Source of the DNA: Macrostomum lignano | Lineage: Eukaryota | DNA: 64,000 bases | Direction of reading: 5' to 3' | NCBI GenBank assembly: GCA_002269645.1 | Contig: NIVC01004023.1 | Span: 1 to 64,000 of the forward strand | Shown: positions 63,601 to 64,000 of the stretch, piece after piece | How positions within the stretch are numbered: the stretch's first letter is position 1 | Layout: each line of letters begins with the position of its first letter | Program-made: the position numbers and the translations under genes | The notes under the pieces: model-generated | Databases searched by the model: none | The model's input: the letters and a program-made list of their open reading frames with translations, nothing else | What the model was told of the DNA's origin: nothing

Positions 63601-63830
63601 GACGCCAGTCATTGAGCGCAGGCGATCGAGCGCCTCATCGTAGGTGGCCTCGGCCAGCTCGACTCGTTGGCCTGCAGGAGGCGATCCCGCGGTCCGCAGG
63701 GTGCCATCTCCGCCGCCGGCCCCCGTCCGTGATGTGCTTCACGTAGATACCCAGCTCGTCGTTGAAGTTGCGCTCCATGATGCGAATCCCAGGCCCTGTT
63801 GCCCTGCACGATGTGGGTGGGGTTCGGCAA
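54634..63830 (-). CDS. MPDZ: multiple-PDZ-domain scaffold protein (MPDZ/MUPP1-PATJ-like), 3' portion; upstream exons probably lie beyond the window
   Basis: Exons ~63830-63474, 61859 or 61746-61496, 59235-58927, 58785-58669, 58581-58500, 55955-55756, 55056-54634 with consistent phases. [73 protein letters not shown] and terminal [23 protein letters not shown]...[11 protein letters not shown] resemble the C-terminal PDZ domains of MPDZ as I recall them. The 5'-most exon contains several frameshifts. Confidence 0.85.
55262..55571 (-). mobile_element. second copy of the CORE-like tRNA SINE, in an MPDZ intron
   Basis: Reverse complement of 41036-41331 with modest divergence. Confidence 0.85.
56765..57135. 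repeat. 19-bp minisatellite (CCACGACACCCACCTCACT)n
   Basis: Direct. Confidence 0.92.
59375..59610. repeat. 19-bp minisatellite of the same family as 56765-57135
   Basis: Direct; same orientation. Confidence 0.88.
62740..63450. repeat. 12-bp GACA-derived minisatellite (TAGGACAGACAC)n, intronic
   Basis: Direct. Confidence 0.94.
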
Positions 63831-64000
63831 CTTTTTTTAGGCAGGCATTTGGGCTTACAACGAGAACGCACGGAGAAAGCATGAGAATGTACATGTATAT
63901 TCTAATACTTACTTCTCTCCTCCCCGTCTCTCCTCTCCTCTCCGTGTTCTCCTCCCCGTCTCTCTCCTGCCCGTCTCTCCTTCCCTGTCTCTCTCTTCCC

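Overview
Eukaryotic, intron-rich animal DNA; the GC-rich exons, poly-Ala/Gln tracts and minisatellite-filled introns suggest a free-living flatworm such as Macrostomum (inference only). Roughly 17-18 kb is tandem repeat, which produces most of the long ORFs in the supplied track. Six spliced protein-coding genes could be reconstructed by hand from GT-AG boundaries and reading-frame phase: TPPP/p25-alpha (-), a single-pass membrane protein with a Cys-containing ectodomain and PPxY tail (-), a myosin regulatory light chain (-), a LicD/fukutin-family nucleotidyltransferase (+), a 543-aa secreted, Cys-free protein of four tandem amphipathic helical modules that I cannot assign to a family (-, 8 exons), and the 3' part of an MPDZ/PATJ-like multi-PDZ gene (-). 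Mobile DNA includes a near-intact RT+RNase H LINE inserted in a minisatellite, degenerate LINE remnants, a hAT deletion derivative and two hAT-type MITEs (two of these three with perfect 8-bp TSDs), a long-TIR MITE, two CORE-like SINEs and a 3.6-kb inverted repeat carrying outward-facing promoter motifs. The most novel-looking item is the secreted four-module helical polyprotein.
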